Positions 40,901 to 54,700 of a DNA stretch of 64,000 bases are shown one piece after another. Position numbers and translations under genes: made by a program. Below the pieces are notes generated by a model. It made no database searches. It was not told the origin of the DNA and was given only the letters and a program-made list of their open reading frames with translations. The stretch is from Balanoglossus misakiensis (lineage: Eukaryota; Animalia; Hemichordata). The stretch lies in NCBI GenBank assembly GCA_040954595.2, contig CM082581.2, positions 11,220,286-11,284,285 on the forward strand, read 5' to 3'. The stretch's first letter is position 1. Every line of letters begins with the position of its first letter.

Positions 40901-43900
40901 TGTCTGTGTACACAGGTGCAACTGATTTGAATGCTGCTAAATCTGGCAACAACTCCTGCAATAATGAAGAATACATTTTCCTCTCTTAGAATTAAAAGCA
41001 GGATGAACAAAAATGATAAACTCATCACTTTCCTGATGAACTGGCTCTTTATCTGTTTACACTCATAATGATAATAATAATAATGATTTCTTATATAACG
41101 CATTAGATAATACATCTTGTTACAGTTTTCCCCTGGTCATTGGACCTTAATAGTCCATTCAACTCCCTGGGGAGCAAATAAGGCTCACAAAAGCAGCTGT
41201 TATATCAGTGCAGCAAAGATAAAAATACACATTACAATCTCTGTCCTACCAGGTACCAATTACTAGCGTCTTGCCAACACCACAGCCATGCTGAGGCTCG
41301 AACCCACGATCCTTTGATCGTGAGTCCAATGCTCTAACCACTTGACTATCATTCCTCCTCAAAATCTAACCTCATGCACCTTTAAAGGCCAAGGCCTCCA
41401 TTTTTATCACAAATACGTTACATAACCACTAAAGCGCATGATGAAATACCCAGTAATTAGCTAAATGTGTAGTATAATCATCATTGTTATTACTAAAATT
41501 TAAGTTTATATCTGGACTTGAATTAATTATTTATTAGCCGCTAGACATGTGACCATGGTCAAGGCTACATGACAGGTGGAATGACTACAAAACATCATGA
41601 CAGAAACATGAATCATTCTGTCCATATAAACCATTCGAAATCAAGCATGTACAGTAAGAAAACACTTTTGGATGCATAAAAAAACACCAAATTCATGTAG
41701 CTTAATATTGACTAAAAGACTCATCCACTTTGGCCAGTGACGTGGTTTGTGACAGAGGTCTGAATCAGCTGCATCAATCACAAGTAAAGATGGGAGGAAT
41801 GACCTTATGCTGCATCTGTATAGTCAGGTACAAAGATGCAATGAAACACAGGCAGAATGAAGAATGAAACAGTGAATCATTGATACCTATCCATATCTAC
41901 TCTGGACTGATAAGCACTACTCAGATTTTAATGTTAGAATGTGATTGTCAATTCTACTCTAGTTTGACAATTGCTGGTTAGGCATTGAATAATGTGTGGG
42001 AGTGCGTAGATCTACATCTACTGGTACATGTACTTTGCATACAATACAGGTAGTTAAACTCAAAGACAATGGGCGTACAGTGCAAAGGCATGCCAGGCAC
42101 TCATTTATCCAATTCTACACTGGGATGTGGATGTGGAAACACCCAATTACCTGTCAAAAATGCATATATATATATATCAAGGTTCAATATTTGCATAAAA
42201 TAGAACCTGGTCAATGAACTTTGTACTAGTACCTACAGAATAATGATAAACAGCTTCAGCTTTACGTTTGAACCAAAATTTCCAAAAATACCACATTCAA
42301 TAATATTCTATCACAGTACAACAAAGTTGTCCGCTCTCTTACACGCTTTGAAATAATGTCAATTAAGAATACAATGGGCATTCCAGAACTGTGAATTTAT
42401 AACAAAGTAAAACAAAATCAGCTGTCACTACATAATAAACACATAATGCAACAGTCAAAGTTAATTTCCATAATATGCTATTTGTAAAGTCGTAATGACC
42501 TAGTGATGTAGAGAGACTTGACCTGTTTTGGATTAACTATGTTTTTTTTATTAATTCTTGTAAAACCAAGTCAATTTTGTTTGATACCCAGGTGGGCAAG
42601 AAACTGATACTTTTGCTTATACACGTAAATGAAATACTGGATGAGATCTGATCGCTGCAAGCCAATCTGACAAAATCAGCGATAAACAAATCAGGTGATA
42701 CAGACATGAGTGAGAACGCTGAGTGACGCAACAAACACGCCAAACACTGTACCTATATACCCATCCTCTGGCAGGGACAGTACACTAGCAGGGAATAACA
42801 TCAACACTTGTGGATGAAATTCAGAATAATTGAGGATGAAATTCAGAGTGGAATTAATGACTGACCTTGAAGACTTTGTAAGCTAATCAGAGTCCGGATG
42901 CAACAAACACACTCGTCTGTACTTTCAACACCTGAGAAAAGGCAGACTGACTTGACTCTAAGCCATCCATTTGACAACACATTATTCCTCAACCAGCCCG
43001 TGAGCTCACAATTTATGCAAAAAACATAATAAATTCTTCATTATGTGAACAACAGCTCCATGTCCTCTCACATCATGAATAAAGCAGGATACGCAGCAAA
43101 ACAACAGCTCTGCTTAAAATTATCCAATACCTGGATTAATCGGTCAAGAAGTTACAAGCGTCAGGTGTCAGAGATTTTCTGAGAGACACAAGCATATCCA
43201 TTCCGGAAAGACTGCAATGAACATTTCAAGTACAATGTAGTACACGACAAAACATATTAGCCGTTCCAACTTTCTGTAATCTTCATTCATCAATGTCAGA
43301 TCAGTATGCTAATTTTAAATGAACTGTCAATCAAATAAAAAACCCTGAATTGGTAGTATAATACAGCAAGATACAAATTTAAGTAGGTCACTGTGCTTGG
43401 CCAATTAACCTATAAATATATCAAGCATTTCTTTGCAGAAGCATACCTCAATGTGTTTCTGCTGCTCTCGCCTGTTGTTTCGGAATCGCATAGAACTGTA
43501 AACATGAAGCCCAGCTGTCATCTGTTGCTTATTAAAACTAGTGAGCCAATAAGGAGAACAATTGATTGTAGAGGCCATCGTCTATAGGGCAATCAAAGGT
43601 ACGTGTATACTTGGCACAGTGACCTTTGCTACCAACCAGGGGCGAAGTTGGTTACCCCTTTGATTGTCTTATCCCCTGTGTTCAAAGATCAGTTGTCCAT
43701 CACGGTTTACAAATGTGTTTACAAGAAACGTTCAGTACTGTACGCCACATGGCTTTACGATGACCTCATCAAGTTAGTGACACATGCAAAGATTGGTCAT
43801 TGTATTAGAAATAGATACTGCCCTCTAGCGGCAATATTCTATTACGGTTGACGAAACAACTCTGAAGTATACTTTATACAGGCAAACCAATATGGTCTCC

Positions 43901-44272
43901 ATTTCAGATCCGTGTTTGTTACAGTATATACAGACTAACGGGATGATGATGTCACTCATTGTCAGTGTTAATGAGTAGCTGTAACTGTTGACCATGTTTC
44001 ACTACTTTCCCTTAATGGATCGTCTAGTTTCCTGGTTTCATTTACTCACTTTGGAATGGTAAAATGCACAATAATTGTGCTATGATTGTGCACTTGCTAT
44101 AACTTACAATGCCAATGGTTGCATTCCAAGATTTGACTTTAACTTTCTTCTGGCGGTCCGCAGCATGGTATGGTCTGTTACCAGTCAGCTGTGAGGCTGA
44201 GTTACCATGATTACCAAACGAACTACGATGCTCCCATTTTTTGTACACCTCTTGAAGCTTGCTCATATCCAT
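31929..44272 (-). CDS. GPAM: Glycerol-3-phosphate acyltransferase 1, mitochondrial-type (GPAM/GPAT1), multi-exon
   Basis: Acyltransferase motifs across exons: LPMHRSHLDYIL, IAAGDNL, GGFFIKR (38642-38875); EFFLEGGRSRSGK (38020-38390); VPVSISYEKI; YGSIRVDFAQPFSLQ; RPF..RCC..C.P.SR (40839-40957). C-terminal exon AESCSLETLKN...FKL* ends at 31929. Putative start exon MDMSKLQEVYKKWE (44272-44108) and exon 43447-43521 join in phase; the start assignment is less certain. Confidence 0.9.
33777..35723. mobile_element. Non-autonomous/degenerate Kolobok-type DNA transposon in a GPAT intron
   Basis: TTAA on both sides (33773-33776, 35724-35727). Imperfect TIRs AGAGCATATCTTGCCT / AGGTAAGATAGGCTCT. Perfect 20-bp subterminal IR GTGACGTCACAAGAGGAACC (33971-33990 / 35540-35559). 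Decayed THAP-like start MGK..CRGCSNT at 34065. Confidence 0.75.
41118..41352 (-). mobile_element. tRNA-derived SINE
   Basis: Minus-strand head TAGTCAAGTGGTTAGAGCATTGGACTCACGATCAAAGGATCGTGGGTTCGAGCC (A and B boxes) followed by a non-tRNA body (GGTACCTGGTAGGACAG...GCTCCCCAGGGAGTTGA). Confidence 0.75.
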
Positions 44273-45980
44273 GGTGATGGTCCCTGTAGTTAAAAACAAA
44301 TCAATTCTTCAAATAATCAATTTCTCATTTTGTAACAGAGGAAAGAACTGCAGTATCAACTTTAATTTTCCACTCATGAAATCCCTATCATTATTCTCTA
44401 GACATAATAAATCTCTTTTCAATCCTGGCAGACATACCATACAGTTAATGGCAGAACTACTGTATCACACCAAAAGTAATTCGATTAGTTTGTGTGTTAC
44501 CCTTTTGCCTTGGTATTTGTCTGTGTTGTTTACTGTTTTGTTGTTGCTGATGTTTGCTTTATTTTTGTTCTTTCTGAAGTGTATTTTTATGGTTTTATTA
44601 TACCATCATGTACTTGAAGCTGACAAGAGATGGGTAATGGCTTCGCTCATAGGTCTCCTATTTTATTCAGTTCATTTTCTCATCTTTAAAAATCAACAAA
44701 GATTATTATGCAGTATTTTGGAATAGAAAATGTCAACTTTGCTGGGCCCTTGTCAATTTCTGGGAATGACTGCACCATTATCAGTGTGTGGCAACAATGG
44801 GACCTTGTAGATTGTACTGCCATTGGACAGCAATTCAGACTGTATCATTTTAAGATAGGGAGGTTAACTACATGGCGGTGGGACCTTGTCGATTGGCCAG
44901 CAACTCGGACTGTACCATAATATCGGGTGGGGAGGGTAGGAATGTGGCAGTGCAGTACAGTTATCAAATGACAGTGCACCATCAATAGTTGGGTACATGT
45001 TCTGATCTGAGCATTCATCATGCACAAACGCCAACATGAACCTGGTGAAGAGGATAAGGCAAAGAAAATACTGCAGCATCAAAGCCAAGCTGCAATGCTA
45101 TGCTGACAGTGCTGTTAACTGCCGAGAAAGCAGAGCTGATGAGTAACTTTGGGTTTCAGCTGAACAGAACGAGCGAATATGATCGTAGTACTTTTGCTTG
45201 TCAGCTTTTCAGGATCATATGATTGTAAGTTCAAAGGTCACACACGCGTACACGACAAATGTGTTGAACAGCCAACGAAAAAAACGTGAAATATTATTGC
45301 AAATACTATTCTACAAGGATCACAGTTCTGAATACGGAAACAGCTTATTTAAGGGCTATTACTAGTACTAGTTTTAAGACAGGACGACCATACAAAATCT
45401 CAATTGAATGTCCCATAAACAAAATTGTTTTGACAGAAAGTGATGGTGTATGCGCACGCACATGGTCAAAAACAAAAGCACCATGCAGTGCTTCACTTTG
45501 TTCATCAAATTCCAAACGAATTTGTGTCATATGAAAAATAATATGTAACAGAAATCCTACCGCATGTAACTTCAGTATGGGTGAAATGTCATGGAACCAT
45601 AAAAATTCGACATATCTCAGCTTGTCGTTCACAATTCAAGAGGCAAGTCTCTCCCTCTCTCTCGACGTTGGTATCATCACAGGTCAAAACTCGTATATCA
45701 ACGAGGTGACGAACAATCCAATCAGAAAGGGGGCGCAGTTGAACTAGCTCACCGACGCTCCGATATCATGGCATAAATGTGAACAACATGGCAGGAATTT
45801 TTGTGAAAAGAGACACTAAAATCAACATATTAAGAGTCTTAATGTAAAAGTATTATGTAAAAAATAATTGGAAACATTCGTAGTGAATCAAATCATACTA
45901 CCTGTCAAGGGCACCCCGATCTATAGAGTGGGACTCCCCTTTTTAGATAATGGAACGTGACAAGGTAGACGCTTATCCTG

Positions 45981-46642
45981 AATTATTACACCTCACGTAT
46001 TATACCATATTCGTGATTGGCTGAGACGCGCTCACGTGATATAGAAAAAAAAGTGATATAACATGGCTAGAGTTGATAAAGCCCTGTCGCGTGCGCTGAT
46101 ATTGCCCGCTGGGTTGTTTTGTGTTCTGCGCGCGACTTCTGCGCGTTCCAAACTGTCGTTCAATGGCTTCCTCCGCGATCAGTCAACTCCCGCATCTATG
46201 GCTTCAAAGCGACACATAGGCTTAACACCTGTTCAACTGGACGATATTTTACCACAAACGGACAGTAAATACAACAAAATCGCAACCAACAGTGCAGTAT
46301 TTTCAAAATAATCTAAGTTCGAAGTAGGTATCGTATAATTCTTGGGAGATCGAGACATTTTACATTCTCAGCAACGTACGACATATGGACGCGCGTCTAC
46401 GTTCTTCTATGCCTGCCTTGTATGTACGTTCAAATGTTCGGCGTAATAAAATTAATAACACATGATGCTCTGGCAACATCACGATTTGAAGCCTGCCCTC
46501 GGGCTGGTGATCTCTGACCACAATATTGATGATACCCTCGCCTGCGGCTCGGGCATCATCAATATTGTAGTCAGAGATCACCATCCCTCGTGCAGGCTTC
46601 AAATCGTGATATTGCCCTCGCTATCATGTGTTATTATTTAAC
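45981..46642. mobile_element. Probable non-autonomous palindromic element (Crypton/MITE-like) upstream of GPAT
   Basis: End segment with GATTGGCTGAGA...TCACGTGAT and an internal ~145-bp interrupted inverted repeat at 46472-46616 with CCCTCG/CTCGGG bulges. Family assignment is by resemblance only. Confidence 0.5.
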
Positions 46643-46672
46643 TATATATGAACCACGCTTGATGGCAGTCAT

Positions 46673-46730
46673 GTGACAAAACTTTCGTTGCATCACTTTT
46701 CGTGACAAAACTTTCGTTGCATCACTTTTC
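46673..46730 (+). repeat. Exact tandem duplication, 2 x 29 bp
   Basis: gtgacaaaactttcgttgcatcacttttc occurs twice in tandem. Confidence 0.9.
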
Positions 46731-47892
46731 TGATCTCTCGGCCTTGGGTGCAAGGGAACAAGAAAAATTCACAGTCGAAGAATAATTAATCAAGACTGAC
46801 TCTTTAATTAATGCTTGCACAGAATAACTGACATTTATTGAACTGATGGCATTATATTTAAAAATACACTGGTTGTGATTGTGTTATAAGCAGGCCAATT
46901 GCAAATCGCCAACTGGATCTTTACAATCAACTAAGTTTTGCTGACTAAAAGTACAACTCTTCGACTGAGAAAAGATTCTGTGAAGGATTTAGGACAGAAA
47001 AAAATGACAATAAATACTTCTGCAAAGTGAAATGGAATCTACAGAATATGAAAGTAGATGATGCTGTACATATCAAAAAGAGTGAAGGAACCAATGCAAG
47101 AAAATCATACTTTGTTTTCACTTTACAGTTAAATAAACTTAAAATTAAGAAAAAATACAGACTGAAAGTGGAAGCCCATACACAATTTAAACATAATCAA
47201 CTTATTTTTGAAAAGTTAATGAAGCTTAAAACAAGTCCTGAATTGGGGTTGTAGATTTGCTGCTTTGGATTTTAGGATTTCCACTATCTGTGGATCACAA
47301 ACTTGTTCAGTGTATATGTACTTCTGTTCACAAATTTGTACTTCAATTTTGCTTCATTTTCCTCCTTCTAGACAGCAAGACAAAAACACCAGAGGTATGA
47401 TTCACCACTGCACAATAACATGCTTCAAATATATACAGAACAACAGTGATTTCAGATATACGAGTTCAGTGACTATCTTTGTACAATAATTGCCAGAAAC
47501 CAGACCACTGTCTGGAATTACCGGTAGCTTTGCATGCATTCACCATGTCACAATAATCAATATTTATGAACAGATTTAATAAACAACATTGTGGCTCTAT
47601 TGATCAGTGATGAAAGATGAACTGATACTCAAATATACATCCATCCGTGACAACATGCACCAAGACAAATATACCTGATATTTATTGTAATTACTTCAAG
47701 GCTATTCTATGATTGTACTCTGAACACTATTCTCTGTTGAAAAGCTGGCAGACACTATTAAGTACATGTAGATTACATCTATTTAATCTTCTCAATTTAA
47801 ATAACCATGGTTACAGGATCCCAATCATTCATGGATAACAAAATCTCGTTTTTATCTATTATCCCATTGGACAAAATCCTGAATATGGGATG

Positions 47893-48015
47893 AGGTACCC
47901 ATCACACCTAGGTAGGCAAGAAGTATTGAGTCAATTTTCTTTGCTCAAGGGCTTTAGCATTGCAGCTTGATTCTACAACTCACAAGTCTTCAATTGAGAG
48001 TCATGCTCTGTTGCG
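47893..48015 (-). mobile_element. Degenerate SINE remnant downstream of NAGK
   Basis: GGTACCCAT..CACCTAGGT....TTTGCTCAAGGGC core-like segment followed by a decayed tRNA-like region. Confidence 0.35.
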
Positions 48016-48310
48016 TTGATAGTACTTCCCCACCACTAAAAACGTTTCTGATTCATACAAACCTGACGTGACACACCGAAAAACACAGTAAAAGCACCAG
48101 ATTTCAACACAATGAGCAGAGTGTAATTTACATGTGTAGATTTGAATATCATTGCATATATATAATGTACATACAAATACAGTTTGCATCTGTTGCCATG
48201 GTAACTCATAAATATACACTCTTATGTGCCATGATTCATTCACATTGACATGTAAGTTGGTTTGACATTAAAATTCAGATAATCTTTTTCCATTCACATT
48301 TTTCTTACAA

Positions 48311-51144
48311 TCAGAACTTGTGATGGAAGAAGACATTGATGTTTTTCTCGTAATTGATGGAGATTTGACACCCTGCGTCACGGGCGCCGATCACAGCTGC
48401 TCCAACTGCCGGAGATTCTTTCAAATCCAGTAAACTGAATTCTTCAATATCAATATCTTTGTCATTTCGAGGCCTCAGTCCTTCAAGAAATCCTGTTGAT
48501 CAAGAAAGAAGGAATGATCAGAAGTTTTGTTTTGATGTGTGATGCACTACACAGTACAATTGACAGAGTTCACGGCCACTAACGAGGACCTGTCTCCCCA
48601 TCACTTCCATTGTCAAGACTAACTTACCATCTTTTAAAAGATCCCAGCTTCTCCACACAGATCCAACACACACAACTTGGAGACCTCCTTCAGCTTTCAG
48701 TAAACTCTGTCATGGAAATACAAAATAATATGACAAAATCACTTCAGACATGGTAAGGTATAGTTACATTGATGGACATGAAACATATGGTGGCCATATT
48801 GGCTATGAGCATGATATAAGGCTTATCTGTTATATCCTTATAAAAGGGTTTGGCACCCATGTCACAATTAGGTCCAGGAACAGGTACTAATAACAGGGAT
48901 TGAGTGATGGAAGAGCTGAAGAAATGTTTCGCATCACACCTTGTCAATTTTGGGTCCAAGTGCCAATATATGCCTTGCCAGGCGTTTGCCTGCTTCCTTG
49001 AAGAGCCATACACACAGTTCATCATTGTGTTCCTTGGCACCTGAAACATCAACATTTAAAGTCTGACGATCATCTTATGCACATGGTTATGATAACAGAA
49101 ATATATGTGTTGTAAGGCTACAGAAATTAAAACACTGGAATATTGTGCTAAGTGTGTACTGATGGATTTTACCTTCTGCTAGGCGAACACAAAAATCGGC
49201 AAATCTTGATTTGTTGAAATTAGAATATAGATGATCTAACATTCCATGCCATTCAGTTATCTGTGAAAAATCAAGCAACAATAATTTGATCATTCAGTAT
49301 TAAACCAGAATGATATCTCGTATACTGCAGAATAAAAAAGCATTCAAACATTTTCGACATTTCCACAACCTTTAAGAAAGTACATTCTCTATAAAAAATA
49401 AACAAACTTACTTGAAAATAATCAAACATGGCTTTTTTCACAAAACTAACATCAAATGGTGGCTCAGCCAAGTTGTCATTTGCATCGAATACAAGCTTCA
49501 CTCCATTGTGAGCAATCCAGTAAGCTGTAAAATAGAACTGCATCCATGTTACAAAATGTATAACTTGTTCAATTAGTTTCACCTGGTTACTGCCAAACCT
49601 TGGGTGAACCTCATTATTACCACGGCTATGGTTGAATCTATTTGTGGGGATTTAGGGGTGAGAGGGTTAGTCACAAAGGTCAATCCAAAGGTTAAGAGAT
49701 TTGCGACTTTACCTGATCCTTCATCTCCCAGCATGTGACCCCAACCACCACTTCCTTGGATACTGCCATCTGGATTGATCAGCTGACAATTAGACCCTGT
49801 GCCTGCGATCAGAACTATTCCACCTGGCATGGATGAATGATGAAATGAAAAGACAACTATCAAACAAAGGAATATCAAGGCTACATATTCTATCACCTGA
49901 ATTTCTATTGCAATGGTTTCATATACAGAAGCAGCCAGGTGTCTCATACATAAATTAACGCTTACCTACATTGTAGGCTAGGTATTAAGGGGATGAGCAT
50001 TGCATCAGTTATTAATTCACACATGCACACACACAAATGCATAAACTTATGCATACACATACGCAAACACATGACCACACACATACATGTATGCATAAAC
50101 ACACACACATAAGATTTACCTGAATGACATGCTGTTGCAATAGCTCCAAATGTATCTGTACACATACTGTAACTGTCACTAATTGTAGGATATGTTGTCT
50201 TCAAACCTGCAATCACTTTTCTTTGTCCTTCTTTCTGTTCTCCTCCACTTAATGACATTCCCTGATCAAATCAAAATCAAATCAAGATGAAAAACTGGTG
50301 AAATACTTTTACAACTCTTTTGAAATGTGATGCTCATTCCCATGAGTTCATGAAGGTTGATACTTTGAAACACTGTTAATATGCCATTGCCAATCACAAC
50401 TTACCAATGATTTGAGGGGAATATCCAAGTCTATATCTGCAGTCAGCTTGGCATCTACAACCATGTTATGTATTCTATTCAAGCATTCATCAATCCCTAT
50501 TAGCTGTAATGAAGGGTATGATAATAATCATTATAACACATTCCATGCTCATGCTGTGCCTCGATTGGTCAGAATGGGTCATGTGATCATAAAATAGGCT
50601 ATTTCCCTAGGGAAACAGTCACAATGTAGCTGCAATAATTGTAGCCTTGGTGGGTTGGGTGATCGCTGGGCCGACAGCGATCACCCAACCCACCAAGGCT
50701 ACAATTATTGCAGCTAGTCACAATGTTATCACTCTTAGTATTCTGAGTCCCTGGCTAAAGAGTGAGAATAGGATTTCTCATTGAGTTCATGACATATTAT
50801 ATCAAATGTACTCACCCAATGATTGGTGCTTGGCCCTCGACTCAGTGCTTTGATGGTACCATCAGAAGACATGATAACCATCTTGGAATGGGTTGCACCC
50901 CTGAAAAATAAGGAAATTGCATTACAATAATTAACATCATGTATACACCATCCCATAGGCTTACTGTCTACAAACTGTGTAGGTACCACTATGCTGGGCT
51001 ATTCTCTCTAATATTTGTAACTTGTGCTATGGGTATATTGCACAGCACAAATACATTCAAATCATCTTTCTGATATTTTACTTTGAACACCCACCCTTCG
51101 ATGCCGCCGTAATATTCCATTTTCTTCTCTGCGGGATCCGCCAT
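48311..51144 (-). CDS. NAGK: N-acetyl-D-glucosamine kinase
   Basis: About 10 exons: [17 protein letters not shown]|[15 protein letters not shown]|...GMSLSGGEQ...[10 protein letters not shown]|[37 protein letters not shown]|AYWIAH...|[15 protein letters not shown]|...INVFFHHKF*. Confidence 0.93.
50627..50716. repeat. Perfect 42-bp-arm inverted repeat (6-nt loop) in a NAGK intron
   Basis: tagctgcaataattgtagccttggtgggttgggtgatcgctg-ggccga-cagcgatcacccaacccaccaaggctacaattattgcagcta, bracketed by the direct repeat agtcacaatgt. Confidence 0.92.
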
Positions 51145-51731
51145 GTTGTCAAATGAATGAATATGTGCGCATGTCATGTACTCAATTTCTCGAGGTCATT
51201 AAAGGGGTCATATCGGGTCACCAGCTAGCGCCCTCAAGAGGAGTAAGTCTTAAACTTTCTTCTTTCAAAGATTGCCTGGTTGACCACACAACACATGGTT
51301 CATTCACTCAAAATGCATGGAATTTTTCTACTGATTTTACCAGCAGTATTTGAGATCAAAAGTGCAGGTTCCCAGGGAGTGTCTGCAGTCATTTTATGGC
51401 AGCAATGTAGATGAATCAATGATAAATGTCTCTTTTTCCGGGAGCATTTGAACCATGCATACAGACCTGTCAGGCTGATAATAAAAAAACTTATAACAAC
51501 TATTATGTTTATATCATGTTTTTCCATTTTTATTGCATTCATAATACATCTTATCCTAAAGTCCTGAGATGAACACAAAATCTTACAAGTAAACCGCTAA
51601 TCAAATTTTACATTACATTTATTAATACAGTGTGTCAAATGTAAGGCAGTATGGTTAACTGGTGAAGTTTCATGACCTAGCTGTGAAAGGCACAGGAAAG
51701 AACGGATTGAAAATACTGCAGTTGGACACAT

Positions 51732-54700
51732 TCAGGTTTGAAATAAATCACTGTTGATAAGAACATCTTCTGCTGAAGAATATATGAGACCATTTTTGAA
51801 GAAAGCCCTGAACTGTTTTTGAATTGACTTCAGTTGCTTAGTTGACTTGTATTTCTTATTTTTCAACAGTTTGTCCGTGAGGTAGTGCAGCCAGAGAACG
51901 TTTGTGGCCGGACAGTTTTTCTCCCAGTTGTTGCTGTGGACATCAAAAAGGGAAGTAAATGAAATGGAGTTGTGTGAATTGCATTGACAGAAGATAAACA
52001 ATGGTCATGCCATCATGAAGACTTGGAATGTACCAGCAAAACCATGCACAGACATACCAATAAAAGTGAAGGTGACTGACCTGTTATACTTCTTCATCAA
52101 TCTGTAAACTTCAAACTGGTAGTCCCCCTCTCCTTCGAATAAAGTTTCATCAGTCGCCAGGTTACAGAAAACGGTGCAGCCGTCTGACAAATGAAAATCG
52201 TTGGTATCTTATTACAGATGTTAAGGGCAAGGATTCTGTACAACCACTGGCTTCAAATCAGTTAGCACTTCACAGGAAGAATCTTTAACCCCACAAAAAA
52301 TGCACAGACAATTGAACGGTGACATTTACCCTTTTGAAGTCTTGACATTGTAAAATCAATGATGTTGACTTCGACTCCATTTGTTGGGATTTCTATGACT
52401 CGACCATCTAGCTTGTAAAACAGGGTCTCCTCATCAGTGTATTTCACCAGGATATTTCCCCAATGCAAGTCTCGGTGTTCAAACATTAACTCTCTCTCAG
52501 CAACTGCTAAGGCACATGTAACTTGATGTAGAACGCTGTGTGCTTGCAAAATATTGTTGAACTGAAATTAAGAGAGAATATAGAAACAACAGTTAGGATT
52601 TTCTTTTTTTTCAACATTGCTTCTACATGTGTATATGACATTATTGTTCATGGTGATTTTTCATATTTTAGATTTTCTTAAACACTGTCTTCTGGTTGTG
52701 AATGAGCAGAAGGCCAAAAAATATCAAATTATGGTTGTAGATGAACGAAAATCCACTCTCAATTATACCGTGAGATGAATGTAACAACTTACCTTGAAGT
52801 GCTCCAAATCACTGCCTCCGTCAGCAAATTCAAAAATGATAAACAGCTGACTGGAATCAAACATATCTGTTGCAAAGAAAACAAAATTCTTAACTTTAAG
52901 AACTTACTCCATAGGTTATGGTACACTCTAAATGCCAAAGTTGGTAGGTGTATGATATACATGTTGTAACATCTGAATCCAATTTCGCTTTAATGGAAAT
53001 TAAAACAGTAGGATATCACCCACCTGGTCTGTCATTTTCGGACTCATGTTCTTGGTTGAACTTGTCCCATTCTTTCAGCAAATGTTTGGGATATTGTCCT
53101 TTCACTAACGAGACATCATTCACTTGGATGAAGTTACAAGCCATGTTTGTTGGACAATCATTCAAGTCACTCAGTTCTCTGTGAAAGAAGACAGAAAACA
53201 GTGAGTTTTGGTGCTTGTGTTCTTGTTCGAGATCGATTTGAATTGAATGGCTGATAGCCTGATATGCGAGCAATTCATGTTTCTGGCTCTGTATTATCAA
53301 CATGATGTCTCTTGACTCAGACACCGCTGTGCAAAACAGAATCACTTCATCTGTGATCCAACATGAGTGTAGAACTTACTTTGAAATAACAATCTCCGGA
53401 AGAATATCTTCAAATGATTTCTGAGGTTCGTCATTAACTGAGAAATCACCTTCGATTGGTATAATCTGTGGGAAATACAAGATATTGTCATTTGAACGCA
53501 TCCACTGTGATCAACTCTATTTAAGGTAGGGAGAATAAATACATATGAGAGCCAACAGCAGATCACAGAGTTGCTGACTGGCTACTTACCTTGAGTGCCA
53601 CCGACTGCCGATGATTCTGTGTTCGAAAGACTTCTCCAAACGTTCCCTCACCAATCTTCTTACACTTCTGTAGAACACTCCTAGGAATACATTTACTGAA
53701 ACTGATAGGCTGCGTCTGTCCACACTGTAGCAGGACTTTCTCTCTCGGAGATATTTGCTTCTCTTTACGTTGTTTCACTGGAGTCAGAGCCTCCTACAAA
53801 TATGCAAAAATAAAATATCCTTGTGGATGGATTCTCCATTGAAGCGTTATCAAACTCCATAAACCAAGAACACAATTAAATGACGAGTAAGTGCCCCCTT
53901 ACCTTGAATGATTCAGCTTTCAGCAGGGACCTTACAGCACGTTTAGCTGGTGTTACCACTGATGGAAAGCCATGAAAACTGTTTTCTGATCCTGAGTTTA
54001 GAAACTCTTGTATCAATTTGTCTTGATGCCCTTTAATTTCAATATCAAAATCTCCTTCAGTACTATGACAACTATCGCCCATTTCATCACTATGACAACC
54101 ATTGTCATCCATTACATCATCATTTTCTTCTTCTCCATTACTGTTGATGCCAAGCATGGAGATATCCTGGGCAATGTTTTCAATTTCTTCATCGCTTGAA
54201 GATCGACGTTTTGTTAGTCTTTCAAGACTGCCAGGAGTCAATGGTTCTAGCCTGACGAAACAATTCCTACAAGATCCGGTGCTACTTCTGTCTGTGCTAT
54301 TCTGATGTGACAGTTTGTTTTGACTCTGCTGGGACAAACTCGACAGGTTATGTGCTGGGATTCTTTCCAGGGACACACTGCATGGTTTCACAGAAACCAT
54401 GTTTGATGGAGTACCACTCTGACTGAGTCCTGCCGGGGTCACATTGCTGCAATCTATTCCGGTATCTTTCCTGGAATCACACTCATCCTGTAATTCCTGC
54501 TGCTCCGTATCAGGCTGATATGGAGTACTTGTTTGCTCCCGCTTCAGCACACCAGGTGTACCGTCTCCAACAACAGGAGTGCTTGCATCGTTAGAATCAT
54601 ACGCACTATCTTTACAACTCTTACTAGCGGCCATAGTTATTAACGGCGGTGTTTCAAACGTCCTTTCTGTTGCAGTGGACTTCTTCGCTGATCTAAGAAT

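Noticed and set aside
41290-41350. tRNA-like sequence on the minus strand
   Set aside because: No proper acceptor stem and it continues into a SINE-like body; called a SINE, not a tRNA gene.
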